Assembly (NCBI GenBank): GCA_963737635.1
Contig: CAVTTL010000001.1
Span: 1,600,001 to 1,664,000, forward strand
Direction of reading: 5' to 3'
DNA from: an uncultured Methanoregulaceae archaeon
GTDB taxonomy: Archaea > Halobacteriota > Methanomicrobia > Methanomicrobiales > Methanospirillaceae
DNA length: 64,000 nucleotides
Made by a program: the position numbers and the translations under genes. This document shows positions 10,964-21,515 of this stretch, piece by piece. The stretch's first letter is position 1, and every line of letters starts with the position of its first letter. The notes under the pieces were generated by a model. That model saw only the letters and a list, made by a program, of their open reading frames with translations, was not told where the DNA came from and ran no database searches.

Positions 10964-11284
10964 ATGTATCAGATATCCCCACGTGATTTTTCTGAATTAA
11001 ATAAGGCCTTTAGCAACGAGATTGAGAAGGTTTTATTAAAATTTGTTCACGATGGAAAAATGAAAGTAATTCCCGATGAAAAACCATCAAAATCCCTTGC
11101 CGGCGGTGGGAAACAGAAAAGAGGAAGGCCGCGCACGATCAAAACTGACGAAAAAATCGAACAGAAAGAGAAGAGGCCCCGGGGCAGACCACGCAAAATC
11201 AAAACTAATGAGATAAAACCTGCCGATGGTCCCAAACGCAAGCGCGGAAGGCCAAAAAAAGTAGTAACGCCGGAAACTGAATAA
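10964..11284 (+). CDS. Small basic protein with three AT-hook (RGRP) motifs
   Basis: KRGRPR, RPRGRPRK, KRGRPKK. Confidence 0.75.
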   Translation: MYQISPRDFSELNKAFSNEIEKVLLKFVHDGKMKVIPDEKPSKSLAGGGKQKRGRPRTIKTDEKIEQKEKRPRGRPRKIKTNEIKPADGPKRKRGRPKKVVTPETE

Positions 11285-11386
11285 ATCTCTCTTTTTCGTC
11301 GGTTCATGTGACGATGATCATTTTTTCATGAATGGGTATTTTGTTTAATCCTGTTTGGTAAGCCCATCAAAGAGAATCTGGCCGTT

Positions 11387-11499
11387 GTCAAGGATATCCT
11401 GACCAATGCCCTGACACATCCCCACAGTGTCTGGGTCCGGCTCATGGACACGGGGGACGAGTGGCCCGCATTATTGGGACCGAGTCCTCCGGGCACTGA
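11387..11499 (+). pseudogene. Degenerate copy of the ywbE 3' half
   Basis: Encodes VKDILTNA..HPH..VRL / GRVARIIGTESSG, matching 6870-6992. Confidence 0.8.
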
Positions 11500-11890
11500 T
11501 ACCCCGAATTAACCGGCATGATTCCCGTATTAATGGAGACTGAAACGAGGCAGAATCTGGAAATGCGGCGTGAAAACCCTGAAAGTACCCTGAATTTCTG
11601 AGCGCCATAACGGGTGAATGAATTGCACTCCGGATTCACCTGAGATCAGAGATGGGATGGCGCTTCGCCTTTTCGAAAACACTGCCCTCACGGTGGCAGA
11701 GACGAAATAAACCGGGACCAGGCGGTCTTTGTTCATCACAGAGCTATAAAAGCACCGCGAATCTGTGCGGTCGGGTAAAAAAAGCGGTTGGCGTGGCCAC
11801 TTCCGACCTGTTCCCGGACAATTTCCCGGCACGTTTGGAGAATCTTTTTTAGCCTCCGGGGTCAACATCTGTGAGTACCTAAAAATGTTA

Positions 11891-11940
11891 CCGATATTTA
11901 CACATATTTGCAGATATTACCCGATATTAACCAATATGAG
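11891..11940 (+). promoter_or_regulatory. Five tandem 10-bp units (consensus cc/aGATATT) upstream of the Fic gene
   Basis: ccgatattta cacatatttg cagatattac ccgatattaa ccaatatgag. Confidence 0.5.
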
Positions 11941-11952
11941 GTCAGGTGCAGG

Positions 11953-13284
11953 ATGAAAAAACCTCAGAGGCCGCCGGTTTTTAGCACATCGTGGCCGCCC
12001 TATCATGAGAGCTATAATGACCTTACCTCCCGGGTGAACCAGCAAAATGAAGAAGCGCAGGAAATACGCAGGCTGATCCGGAAATGCAACGAGCAGGCGT
12101 ATATCCACTGGGACGACCTCCGGCGAAAGAAACTCCCGTACGATCCCATCACGTTCTGGTACGTGATACGCACCATCCGCGGCGCAAAGTACCGCGAACT
12201 CAGGATTGGTAGTGAGATTTTCCTCTTCTCTACCCCGGAAAAATTCCAGAAACCGCTCCATCTCATCGACAAGGCATCTCCCGCATCGTTCGATTGGCTT
12301 TTCGGGGAATTCCCAAGCGAGAAAAACAAGAAACAATGCCTCATCAACTCCCTGATGGAAGAGGCCATTGCTTCCAGCCAGCTCGAAGGAGCGGCGACAC
12401 CCCGGCCTGAGGCAAAGAAGATCCTGCGGGAAGGCAGGAAGCCGAAGGATACGTCTGAGCGGATGATCGTCAACACCTACCGTACGATCCTCCGTCTCAA
12501 GGAGCTGCGGGACCAGCCGTTGTCCCGCGAACTCATCCGTGAGATCCACCACGGGATCACAAAGGGGACGCTGGAGAGCGAGGACGACGGGACAGACTTC
12601 CGCACCTGCAATGATATCGTCGTTGGCACGGCTGACCCGACGGAGATCTATGACTTCCCCCCGGATTGTGCACAGATCCCGGCAATGATCGATGACCTCA
12701 TCACCTTCGCGAATGAAGATGACGAGTTCATCCACCCGGTCGTTAAAGCGATTATCCTTCACTTCCTCATCGGGTACATCCACCCGTTCAGTGACGGCAA
12801 TGGCAGGACGGCCCGGGCGCTCTTCTCCTGGTTCTGTCTCAAACACCACTACGATCTGCTGGAGTATCTCCCGCTCTCGCGGCACGTTGTCCATGCTCCG
12901 GCCCAGTACCTACGGGCATACCAGCTGACCGGGACCGACAGCAACGACATGACCTATTTCATCGATTTCCATATCCCTGTCATCAGCCGGGCGCTGGAAG
13001 ACCTCAGACAGTACCTTATCCGCAGGAACGAGGAAGAAGCAGAATCCCTGGGTCTTGTTGAGCAGATTCCTGCACTCTCCTTCAGGCAGGCGGACATTCT
13101 CCGGGCATTCATCCGGCACCCGACACGGCCCTATACGACCAGTGAGATTGCCGGTACGTACAAAGTCTCGTTACCTACCGCACGAACCGATCTTCTTTTC
13201 CTGTGGGAGATGGGGAAGCTGAAGAAATACCAGGATGGGAAACGGCAGGTTTTCGTGGTTAAAAACGATTTCTCCAGCACCTGA
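11953..13284 (+). CDS. Fic family protein with C-terminal wHTH
   Basis: HPFSDGNGRTAR catalytic motif; ASSQLEG inhibitory-type motif; TARTDL helix. Confidence 0.9.
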   Translation: MKKPQRPPVFSTSWPPYHESYNDLTSRVNQQNEEAQEIRRLIRKCNEQAYIHWDDLRRKKLPYDPITFWYVIRTIRGAKYRELRIGSEIFLFSTPEKFQKPLHLIDKASPASFDWLFGEFPSEKNKKQCLINSLMEEAIASSQLEGAATPRPEAKKILREGRKPKDTSERMIVNTYRTILRLKELRDQPLSRELIREIHHGITKGTLESEDDGTDFRTCNDIVVGTADPTEIYDFPPDCAQIPAMIDDLITFANEDDEFIHPVVKAIILHFLIGYIHPFSDGNGRTARALFSWFCLKHHYDLLEYLPLSRHVVHAPAQYLRAYQLTGTDSNDMTYFIDFHIPVISRALEDLRQYLIRRNEEEAESLGLVEQIPALSFRQADILRAFIRHPTRPYTTSEIAGTYKVSLPTARTDLLFLWEMGKLKKYQDGKRQVFVVKNDFSST

Positions 13285-13314
13285 GTGTTAATCAGAGAGA
13301 GGGATGCCCCTGCG

Positions 13315-13388
13315 TTGAAGAGATTGGCGTACTGGAATCACGGAAAATCGGACGCGAGAACGTGTTCATTCATCCCGCTCTCCTGAAG
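13315..13388 (+). pseudogene. Remnant of the 3' end of the second Fic gene
   Basis: Near-identical to 24159-24232. Confidence 0.85.
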
Positions 13389-13389
13389 T

Positions 13390-13468
13390 GGTTCTGATAC
13401 GTTGGCGTTTGACAGGGTGTTTTTAGCGAGGTGAAAAATCAGCGATCAACCGTTAACGTATCAGGATC
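13390..13468 (+). repeat. ~78-bp imperfect palindromic element, copy A
   Basis: GGTTCTGATACGTTGGCG...CGTTAACGTATCAGGA; also at 21183, 45487 and (degenerate) 41334. Confidence 0.9.
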
Positions 13469-13560
13469 CATCTGCGGGACGTTTATATATTCGACATTAA
13501 AGTGTTCCGAGATGTCATTTCCGTTAAGTCCCGTTGATGCACCAGCACCACCGGAGTGCA

Positions 13561-14115
13561 TTATGGATGTTTCAGTGTCGGGTTCAGCTCAGACGCATTT
13601 GCGTATGCCGCATTGGCCTCTGCACTTCTTCCCAGCGCCTCCAGGGCATTTGCTTCATTGTAATATGCGATGGAACGCAGAGTGGGCAGGTTCCCGGGAG
13701 TGTTGATCGCCACATTTGCTGCGGCAATCGCCTCATCATAGCGGCCCAGTTCCACGAGGATCCCCGCCCGGTTGGCTTGAATAATGGGTATGAGAGAACT
13801 GACGTTATCTGCAAGTGCCGCATCGGCAGCGTTCAGTGCATCCTGATAATCCCCGGCGTTTGCCAGATCGACGCTCTCGGTGTACAGTGCACCGGCCGAA
13901 TGGAAGGATGCTGATGTACCTGTCGAGTTTGACGTTGGAATTCGTGTTGGTGTTGAGGTCTGAAGCACTGTCGTACAAACGATCTGTGGTGGAGGTGATG
14001 ATATTACCGTAGTTACCTGAGGGATAACGTTCGCAGATCCCGTGCGCGTACATCCAGCGGCACATAGTACCCCAATGCAGATAATGAGGAGGAGGAAGAC
14101 TACACGCCCCTGCAT
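13561..14115 (-). CDS. TPR-repeat lipoprotein-like protein
   Basis: Signal peptide with AAGC; TPR patterns NRAGILVELGRYDEA and NEANALEALGRSAEA. Confidence 0.8.
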   Translation of the reverse strand: MQGRVVFLLLIICIGVLCAAGCTRTGSANVIPQVTTVISSPPPQIVCTTVLQTSTPTRIPTSNSTGTSASFHSAGALYTESVDLANAGDYQDALNAADAALADNVSSLIPIIQANRAGILVELGRYDEAIAAANVAINTPGNLPTLRSIAYYNEANALEALGRSAEANAAYANASELNPTLKHP

Positions 14116-14272
14116 ATCTGCCTAATTATATCAGGATACGATATTATTTTCGATATTGTTTTCTAGGTTTTGCTGGATAAGGTTCTGTTAACTTGTTGAG
14201 GGATCGCATATTTTTTCAGAGGTGAGAAAGTTGATGATCCCAGTCCAAGTTACCAGAGCCATGTCAGCCAGT

Positions 14273-14455
14273 CTATCCAAGTATCTTTCCGATATCCGGA
14301 ATAAAAAACGTGACAACACCGGTAATCAGCACTACCACTCCTGCAATGGTAAAAAATAGACTCATCACAAAATATGCCGGTGCCCGGAAAATTACCCATC
14401 CTATACACACTAACGCCAGACCGACGACGATTGCTACCTGTCTCTTACAGACCAT
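14273..14455 (-). CDS. Small two-TM hypothetical protein
   Basis: 60-aa ORF with two hydrophobic stretches. Confidence 0.5.
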   Translation of the reverse strand: MVCKRQVAIVVGLALVCIGWVIFRAPAYFVMSLFFTIAGVVVLITGVVTFFIPDIGKILG

Positions 14456-14615
14456 AACTACGTGCGCCCCCTTCTTTAGAAAGGTCTAAGCGATGTGCTA
14501 GTATTAATATAAGCATACATTGATGCAACCGGGCAATTGCATTATTGCCAGGACTGCCAAAAAAATTCGAAAAATGAAAGAGAAGCGGCTAAAAAAAATT
14601 CCTATCGGAGAATAG

Positions 14616-15719
14616 TTACTCCCAGAATCCCTGGGAGGGAATACAGTCACCCGTAGGTGTACTATCAAACTCCTTCTCGAATCCCTTGTACCGGTAGTAG
14701 ACTATAGAAACCAGCCAGGAGAGCACGAAAAGGGCCACGATCCCAAAGCCTAAAGTCTCGAAGTCGAGAGCGTTCAACCCGTCCCAGAAGGACCCGGTCC
14801 AGTTGAATTCCGTAGAAAGAACCTGAATGAGTTCGATGCCACCGATGACGAATGCCACCATAACCGACATGATGGTGATTGTCAGGTTATAGTATACCTT
14901 GCGTATAGGGTGCTGGAAAGCCCAGCCATAGGCCAGACGCATACTTATACCGTCTGTTGAATCGGTAATAATCATACCACACGCAAAAGCAAACGGCAGG
15001 GTAAGAATCGCCCATAACGGTACATTGGACGCAACACCAGCACCAACGCTGACACCGATAAGCATAGTCTCGGTTGCTGTGTCAAAGCCCAGACCAAACA
15101 AGAATCCCACGACAAACATCTGGTAGGGTTTTTCAATTACCTTGAAGAGCCAGCCGAAGTGAGTGTTCATGAACCCCTTTTTGCTCAGCTCGCAGTCAAG
15201 ATCGGCCTGGCTGATCGTGCCATTCTTCAGGCCCTTGAAGATCTTATAGGTATCCATGACAATGATGACGTTGATAAATCCAATGATGAATAGGAATACT
15301 CCCGAGATTAGGGTACTGAGAGCATCAGTGCCAGTCTCAATAGCAGTGCCCAAGATGGCCTTTGCAGCGAAAACCAATGCAAGGACCATGAGGGCCACTA
15401 CCACCGAATGACCGATGGAGAACCACGTGCCCACCGTTATCGGGCGTTTGCCCTCCTGCAGCAACTTACGGGTGGTATTGTCGATGGCAGCAATGTGATC
15501 AGCGTCAACGCCATGGCGGAGACCAAGAACAAAGGACATGACCCCAAACCCTCCTAAAACGAGATAGATCTGTCCTATATAGGATGTCAGAATGAATGCA
15601 ATCACACTGAGAACCGTGAGGGTGACATAGAGCGCAAATATAGTGAGTTTTTCTTTTCGGTTCAGACTAATTATAGAATGATAAAAGCTTTGCTTTTTCT
15701 TGGCAATGTCTTCAACCAT
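14616..15719 (-). CDS. High-affinity Ni/Co permease, NiCoT (HoxN/NixA) family
   Basis: RHGVDADHI, FSIGHS and FGLGFDTATE signatures. Confidence 0.92.
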   Translation of the reverse strand: MVEDIAKKKQSFYHSIISLNRKEKLTIFALYVTLTVLSVIAFILTSYIGQIYLVLGGFGVMSFVLGLRHGVDADHIAAIDNTTRKLLQEGKRPITVGTWFSIGHSVVVALMVLALVFAAKAILGTAIETGTDALSTLISGVFLFIIGFINVIIVMDTYKIFKGLKNGTISQADLDCELSKKGFMNTHFGWLFKVIEKPYQMFVVGFLFGLGFDTATETMLIGVSVGAGVASNVPLWAILTLPFAFACGMIITDSTDGISMRLAYGWAFQHPIRKVYYNLTITIMSVMVAFVIGGIELIQVLSTEFNWTGSFWDGLNALDFETLGFGIVALFVLSWLVSIVYYRYKGFEKEFDSTPTGDCIPSQGFWE

Positions 15720-16070
15720 TTTTACTCAATCAATTTTACTTGATAAAAGTAAATAAAACCTTCTATTAAAACGGTAACTCATTCTTCGTGTCGATAATTT
15801 TAGAACATTTTGATAAAGAAACTTTTCAGGCATTGCGTCGGGACTTATATCGGCTCACAGGAGTAAAACCGGGAAAACTAAAGAACACAGAACCGTGGGG
15901 AAAATCTGGCGGGGCAGCCAGATATACAAAATACTCCGGGAAAAATAAACCGGTATGAGGATACTCCGAAAGAATAATCAGCTCCCGGTCGTCACTCTTT
16001 TTCCTGGTACATAAGACGCCGGAGCTGATGCAGACTGACTCAGGATACAAAGGGACCCCTACCCTTCCTT

Positions 16071-16850
16071 ATGCGGAGCAAGGGCGATGTCTCGCGCTTC
16101 CAGATTCTTGTAGAGATTGCCGAACGCCAGCCGGCTGTACGCCAGCTGGAGATTGCCGACAAGATTGGCATGACACCGCAGGCAGTCTCTGAATATATCC
16201 GCGATCTGGTTGACGAGGGTATGGTAGCCGTGAGCGGCCGGAGCAATTATGCGGTCACCAAGACCGGGATGGCATGGGTCATGGAGAATGCAGCTACCCT
16301 GGAATTATATGTCCGGCATATCCGGCGCGATATCATCAAGCATGTCTCGGTATGGACTGCAATTGCTGCCGATGACATGAATAAGGGGGATATCGCCGGT
16401 CTTTATATGAAGGACGGATATCTCTATGCGGGGAAGAACCCGACGTCGGCGACAGCAACGGTCTATGCGGATGCAAAGAAGAACGATGACGTGGGAATTT
16501 TCGATGTGAATGGGATAATCGAACATCAAGAGGGGGTTATCCACGTCTGCATAGTGCCCCGGATCCAGCGCGGGGGTTCAAAAAATGTCAGGAAGGATAA
16601 ACTCAAAAAGATCGTTGGAATGGCCGGGTTAACCGCGGCTGTCGGGGTCGAAGCATCAGTTGCACTGAAATCCATTGGCAGGACCCCCGATCTTTTTTTT
16701 GGATCGGCCGAAGGTGTCATCGATGCCGCATACCACGGAATCACCTGTGCGATTGTTATCGTTGACGAAGAGTCCCCGAATTTTGTCAAGAGACTGGAGA
16801 ACACCCCGCTTGAGCACAAGATCCACAATTTGATCATATCCGAAGATTAA
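16071..16850 (+). CDS. Winged-helix transcriptional regulator (archaeal COG1497-like)
   Basis: QLEIADKIGMTPQAVSEYIRDL HTH; divergent from the NiCoT gene. Confidence 0.75.
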   Translation: MRSKGDVSRFQILVEIAERQPAVRQLEIADKIGMTPQAVSEYIRDLVDEGMVAVSGRSNYAVTKTGMAWVMENAATLELYVRHIRRDIIKHVSVWTAIAADDMNKGDIAGLYMKDGYLYAGKNPTSATATVYADAKKNDDVGIFDVNGIIEHQEGVIHVCIVPRIQRGGSKNVRKDKLKKIVGMAGLTAAVGVEASVALKSIGRTPDLFFGSAEGVIDAAYHGITCAIVIVDEESPNFVKRLENTPLEHKIHNLIISED

Positions 16851-16985
16851 TGATCATCGTATAGTGACGAATGGTTCTGTCGGCTCTGTTAACTTGTTAG
16901 GGGACTATCAACTTTCCAATTCCTGATAACATATCCAATCCCTCACTAATGTAACAGAACCCAGGTCCCGTTATGTGACCCTGAA

Positions 16986-17012
16986 CCTTTGACCTGGCTT
17001 GGCTACCCTCGC
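16986..17012 (-). repeat. 27-nt 5' fragment of tRNA-Leu(GAG)
   Basis: Identical to 22920-22946. Confidence 0.8.
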
Positions 17013-17168
17013 CCTTACTTTTCTCACCGGGATATAGCCTACAAACCTTGATCAAGACCCTCAACCCTCCTAAAACCAGCGCGCTATTTCTCATAGAAGG
17101 TATCATTCCTCCTGCACATCAAAGATGAGATACGTGGCATTAATTACTGACGCGAATCGTCCTCGCTT

Positions 17169-18374
17169 TTACGTCTGCTTGAACATCTGCTTTGCCATAG
17201 CCACCCTCTCCTCAAAGCCGGGTCCTTCAAGTTCTTGCACAACGGATTCGAGCACTACCGGTATGTCGATGTGCTGGGGGCATTTTTCAGCACACTGCCC
17301 GCACTGGACGCACAGGGATGCAAACTCCGGCGTCCCGAGTGCGACAGCGCCGCCCAGCCGTGCAGCGTACATGAATTTTTCCCCATCGGGGTTGTCAGCC
17401 AGGGTCAGGTTGTTGTAGTGCTCGAAGCACAGCGGGATGTTGACTCCGGACGGGCAGGGCATACAGTATTGGCAGCCGGTACAGCCGACTTTCATCAGCT
17501 CGCGATATTTCTTCTCTACCCTTTTCACCAGCTGCAGTTCGGCTTTTGTCAGGGAACCCGGGTACGCCTCACCGGCTACCCGTAGGTTCTCCTCAATTTG
17601 TGTCTCCTCATTCATGCCGGAGAGGACAACCGTAACCTCCGGATGGTCCCAGATCCAGCGGAGCGCCCATTCTGCAGCGGTTCTCTTTTTCGGAGATTCG
17701 TCCCAGATCTTTTGCACCGCTGCAGGCACGGTCCTTGTCAGGTTCCCTCCCCGGAGGGGCTCCATGATGACGACGCCAAGACCTTTTGAGGCGGCATATT
17801 CCAGGCCGGCCGTACCTGCCTGGTTCTTCTCGTCTAAGTAGTTGTACTGGATCTGGCAGAAGTCCCAGTCATAGGCGTCCACGATCCGGCTGAAATCTGT
17901 TGCTGCACCGTGGAAGGAGAACCCGGTGTTCCTGATGCGACCGTCGGCTTTGGCTTTGGTGAGGAACTCGGTCACACCCAGATTCTTCACGGTATCCCAC
18001 AGTTCACCGACGAGCGCATGGACAAGGTAATAGTCAATGTGATCGGTCTGGAGCTTCTCCAGCTGGGCATTGAGGAACGTATCCATATCCTCACGCTTTT
18101 CGATAAGCCAGGAAGGGAGTTTTGTTGCGAGTTTTACTTTTTCGCGGTACCCGTCGGCAAGGGCACGGCCCACGAACGGCTCGCTCGCGCCCATGTGATA
18201 GGGCCAGGCGGTATCAACATAGTTTACGCCATGGTCGATTGCGTAACGTACCTGCTTCTTTGCCCGTTCTTCATCGATCGAGCCATCCTCTTTGACGGGG
18301 AGACGCATACACCCGAATCCCAGGATGGAAAGTTCGTCTCTGTTCTTTGGCATTTTCCTGTATAACATGGTCAT
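17169..18374 (-). CDS. Aldo/keto reductase with C-terminal 4Fe-4S domain (COG1453-like)
   Basis: LGFGCMRLP, DTAWPYH, CTGCQYCMPCP and CVQCGQCAEKCPQ. Confidence 0.9.
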   Translation of the reverse strand: MTMLYRKMPKNRDELSILGFGCMRLPVKEDGSIDEERAKKQVRYAIDHGVNYVDTAWPYHMGASEPFVGRALADGYREKVKLATKLPSWLIEKREDMDTFLNAQLEKLQTDHIDYYLVHALVGELWDTVKNLGVTEFLTKAKADGRIRNTGFSFHGAATDFSRIVDAYDWDFCQIQYNYLDEKNQAGTAGLEYAASKGLGVVIMEPLRGGNLTRTVPAAVQKIWDESPKKRTAAEWALRWIWDHPEVTVVLSGMNEETQIEENLRVAGEAYPGSLTKAELQLVKRVEKKYRELMKVGCTGCQYCMPCPSGVNIPLCFEHYNNLTLADNPDGEKFMYAARLGGAVALGTPEFASLCVQCGQCAEKCPQHIDIPVVLESVVQELEGPGFEERVAMAKQMFKQT

Positions 18375-18387
18375 TCACCTTTTTCGT

Positions 18388-18957
18388 TCAACCCGATTTG
18401 TTATTTTTTCCGACTATTCCGATGTCCTTCAGCCATCCGGCTACCTGATCATGTGCATTTTTAACATCGCCGCCCCGGATGGCAAGACCTTCAAGGACGG
18501 TTGATTGTGGGCATGTTTTTCTGATATCCGTAACAGTCCGACCCAAGCCGCTTCCCTCGTGCGTGCAGAACGGGATGATCGTTTTTCCAGAAAGATCATA
18601 TTCTTCCAGAAACGTAAACACCGGCATCGGCATTGTTCCCCACCAGTTGGGGTAACCGAGGAACACACCATCATGCGACGCCATGGTTTCCACATGGCCG
18701 GTAAGCTTCGGCCTGGCACTAGTGCGAAGTTCCTCTTTTGCGACATCGGTGGTTTCTGTATACTCTTTGGGATATGCCTTCACCGGTTCGATGTGAAACA
18801 GATCACCACCGGTCATTTCCTGGAGCATCTTTGCGACGACTTCAGTGTTGCCGACCGGGAGGTTTACGATATTCCCGCCGACATAATTGTTTCCTGCACG
18901 CGAAAAATACGCGATCAGGCATTTTGCATTATTTACGTTCATTTTCCCCCTTTTCAT
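18388..18957 (-). CDS. Flavodoxin
   Basis: YFSRAG..GNTE, LGYPNWWG and FCTHEGSG. Confidence 0.9.
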   Translation of the reverse strand: MKRGKMNVNNAKCLIAYFSRAGNNYVGGNIVNLPVGNTEVVAKMLQEMTGGDLFHIEPVKAYPKEYTETTDVAKEELRTSARPKLTGHVETMASHDGVFLGYPNWWGTMPMPVFTFLEEYDLSGKTIIPFCTHEGSGLGRTVTDIRKTCPQSTVLEGLAIRGGDVKNAHDQVAGWLKDIGIVGKNNKSG

Positions 18958-18976
18958 TCAACGGTGGTTTAATCCA

Positions 18977-19406
18977 TTAATCGATTCTCCGATATTCTTC
19001 ATCCGTTACGGGTTCCAGCCATTCCGCGTCCCCTTTTTGCGAATTAGGCATTATCGCAATATGAGTAAACCAGTTATCCGGCGCAGCACCATGCCAGTGT
19101 TTCACCTTGGGAGGAACTGCTACAACATCACCTTTTCGAATAACCTGCACTGGCTTACCCTCTTCCTGGGAATATCCTTTGCCGTTCGTGACTAACAGGA
19201 TCTGCCCGCCGGGATGTTTGTGCCAGTTGTTTCGTGCACCTGGGTTCAAACGTTACATTGCCAATGGGACAATGGAACGTGCTGTCATCCTTGACCAGCA
19301 TACCCAACCAAGCGGTTCCGATGAAATGCTCATTTGCGATCTGCTCTCCAGCAATCTTCGTCCCTTTGGGAAAGATTGCATCTTCAGGTAGTTTTTTTGC
19401 GGCCAT
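18977..19406 (-). CDS. Cupin domain protein; frameshift near 19245
   Basis: NVTFE/PGARNNWHKHPGGQIL..HWHGA. Confidence 0.8.
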
Positions 19407-19417
19407 ACTGTCCTCCT

Positions 19418-20054
19418 TTAATCCCGGATAAAGTTCGTGAAAACGGTTTCTTCCCGCACCGGGAGCTGTACACCGGCCTTAATACCTGCTTCCTTGCACT
19501 TCAGGAAGAACACCATGTTCCTTGCAAGGATGCGCATGGTCTGCAGGCCTTCTTTGTCCTTCTCCACATCTTCCGGCTTTACCCCGTGAACCATGTTCCA
19601 GTACCGGGACGAGACAACGGGCATCTCCGAGATGGTGAAATACTTGTTGAGCTGGTCAAAGGTGGCAGTCGTCCCTGCCCTCCGTGCGGACACCACTGCG
19701 GCTGCCGGTTTCAGGTAGAACACCTGCCGGCCTGCCAGCATGTTGGTATAAAAGGCGCGGTCCATGAAGGAGGTCATTGCACCGGATGCTGCGGCGATAA
19801 TGTACCGGAGACCCGAAGATGAATCCGTCAGCACCCTCCGCAAGATCGAGGAACTCGTTGACTGTGTCGTCAAACATGCAGCGCCTGTTCTTGGCACATG
19901 ACTTGCAGGCAGTACAGCCGGCAAGCGGCTTTATGCCGATCCAGAAAATTTCCGTTTCGATACCCTCTTTCTTCAGGGTTTTTGCAACTTCAGAAAGAGC
20001 AGTCCATGTGCAGCCCTTCTTATGTGGGCTTCCGTTTACGAGTAATACTTTCAT
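19418..20054 (-). CDS. Iron-sulfur flavoprotein / NADPH-dependent FMN reductase family; frameshift near 19800
   Basis: NGSPHKKG, CTACKSC..C, GSPVHY and SARRAG. Confidence 0.8.
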
Positions 20055-20056
20055 TT

Positions 20057-20509
20057 TTACACTCCTTTAACTTCTGAAACCTGAACGTCACCCTGCATAG
20101 TGCGGGGCAGTACGATTAACACTATTACTATCACAAGTGCGAAGGCAAGCATCACTGTACCGGCGGTGAGCGATGCCAGAGTGAAAAGTGCAATCCCGAT
20201 AACAAACATACGGCGGCGGCCAAGAATGTCCCCGGACCGTGCACCAAGAAGGAGCAAACCCCCAAACGTGAGCAGATAGGCATTCTGCACCCAGGAGAGT
20301 CCGGTATCTGTAAAGCCAAGAGTTGTGTGCATCTCCGGTAAGGCGGTAATGACGATGGCTATGTCGAGGACGATCATCAGATAGCCGGCAAGGATAAGCG
20401 CGAGAACCACATTGGGATGAGAACGGTTTTTGACCTCGGTAGCCGGGATAGCTGATGCTGTCTCCATCGATCTCTTCCACGTCACAAACCGTGCTGCACC
20501 ATCTTTCAT
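20057..20509 (-). pseudogene. Internally truncated DHA2 (EmrB/QacA) MFS transporter
   Basis: LDIAIVITALP, WVQNAYLL.FGG and GDILGRRR, but only 150 aa. Confidence 0.7.
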
Positions 20510-20630
20510 TGATTTCTTCCTTCACGTGATTCAGACAGTATCGTCCGTGTTACTATAGTATATATCAAGAATGTATGACATAAATAGTGGGTACAAACAA
20601 AGATGTGACATACTTACAGGTTTGATACTA

Positions 20631-20984
20631 ATGGAAACCACGCCGAAAAAATACAAATACAGCTGGCCCATTGAGGCAACCCTGGATGTGATCGGGGGTA
20701 AATGGAAACCGCTGGTCATCTACACGCTTAAGGACGGGACGCTGCGGTTCAACCAGATCGTCGACAAGGTCCAGCCAAGGATCACCCAGAGGATGCTGAC
20801 AAAAGAACTTCGTGAACTTGAACGAGATGGTCTCGTTATTAGAAAAGTTTACGCCCAGGTACCGCCGAAAGTGGAATATTCACTCACGGAAACAGGATTG
20901 TCCCTCATCCCTATTCTTGACGAGCTCTGTGACTGGGGATCCAAACATATGGGGGACGATATTGAGTTCAAGTGTGAAGAATAA
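20631..20984 (+). CDS. HxlR family transcriptional regulator
   Basis: [25 protein letters not shown] and PPKVEYSLT. Confidence 0.92.
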   Translation: METTPKKYKYSWPIEATLDVIGGKWKPLVIYTLKDGTLRFNQIVDKVQPRITQRMLTKELRELERDGLVIRKVYAQVPPKVEYSLTETGLSLIPILDELCDWGSKHMGDDIEFKCEE

Positions 20985-21030
20985 AGAATATAGATGGGAG
21001 CGTACCCGGTGCCGGACCGAGTGAACAAGC

Positions 21031-21180
21031 CGGACGCGAGAACGTGTTTATTCATCCCGCTCTCCTGAAGGTACTTTCCGAGCCGTGAATATGTCGAAAA
21101 TGGTTGTTTTTTTCGACACGTTTTGGTGATGTGTCGATCCGTTCGACATATTTTCCGTGCTCGCGATCAGCTGTTTTTGA
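21031..21180 (+). repeat. Copy of the second Fic gene's 3' end plus downstream TGTCGA/TCGACA hairpins
   Basis: Near-identical to 24193-24344. Confidence 0.9.
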
Positions 21181-21182
21181 GA

Positions 21183-21259
21183 GTCTGATACGTTGGCGGT
21201 TGACAGGGTGTTTTTAGCGAGGTGAAAAATCAGCGATCAACCGTTAACGTATCAGGACC
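21183..21259 (+). repeat. Palindromic element, copy B
   Basis: Near-identical to 13390-13468. Confidence 0.9.
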
Positions 21260-21440
21260 GGCACGCGTATGAAGATCCTCTTTGATGAGGAGTGCCACCA
21301 GTTCATTGATTGAATTTTGTTCCATATGGTTCATTTTTGAACCAATCCACACTAAGGACTGTGGTTTGGAGAGTCCAGAAACAGAAAACGTGCGAGGGAT
21401 GGAAGCGTACCCAAGAACTCCTACGAGATCAGGCCCTCAA
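21260..21440. repeat. 181-bp direct repeat of the MNT 5' end plus the 3' half of tRNA-Leu(GAG) (att-like)
   Basis: Matches 22732-22912; identity stops exactly at the edge of the anticodon loop. Confidence 0.9.
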
Positions 21441-21515
21441 TATTCTAAAATATAGCGCACTCGTTGTTTTGGCAGAATTGGATACGATCTCAATACGAGA
21501 GGCAGTACAGATTTT

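Noticed and set aside
11500-11880. Possible ncRNA or IS remnant upstream of the Fic gene
   Set aside because: Only short hairpins; no terminal repeats, transposase fragment or second copy recognised.
13390-13468. Canonical integron attC site
   Set aside because: No RYYYAAC..GTTRRRY ends, no intI in the window, and the bracketed genes are not single co-oriented cassettes.
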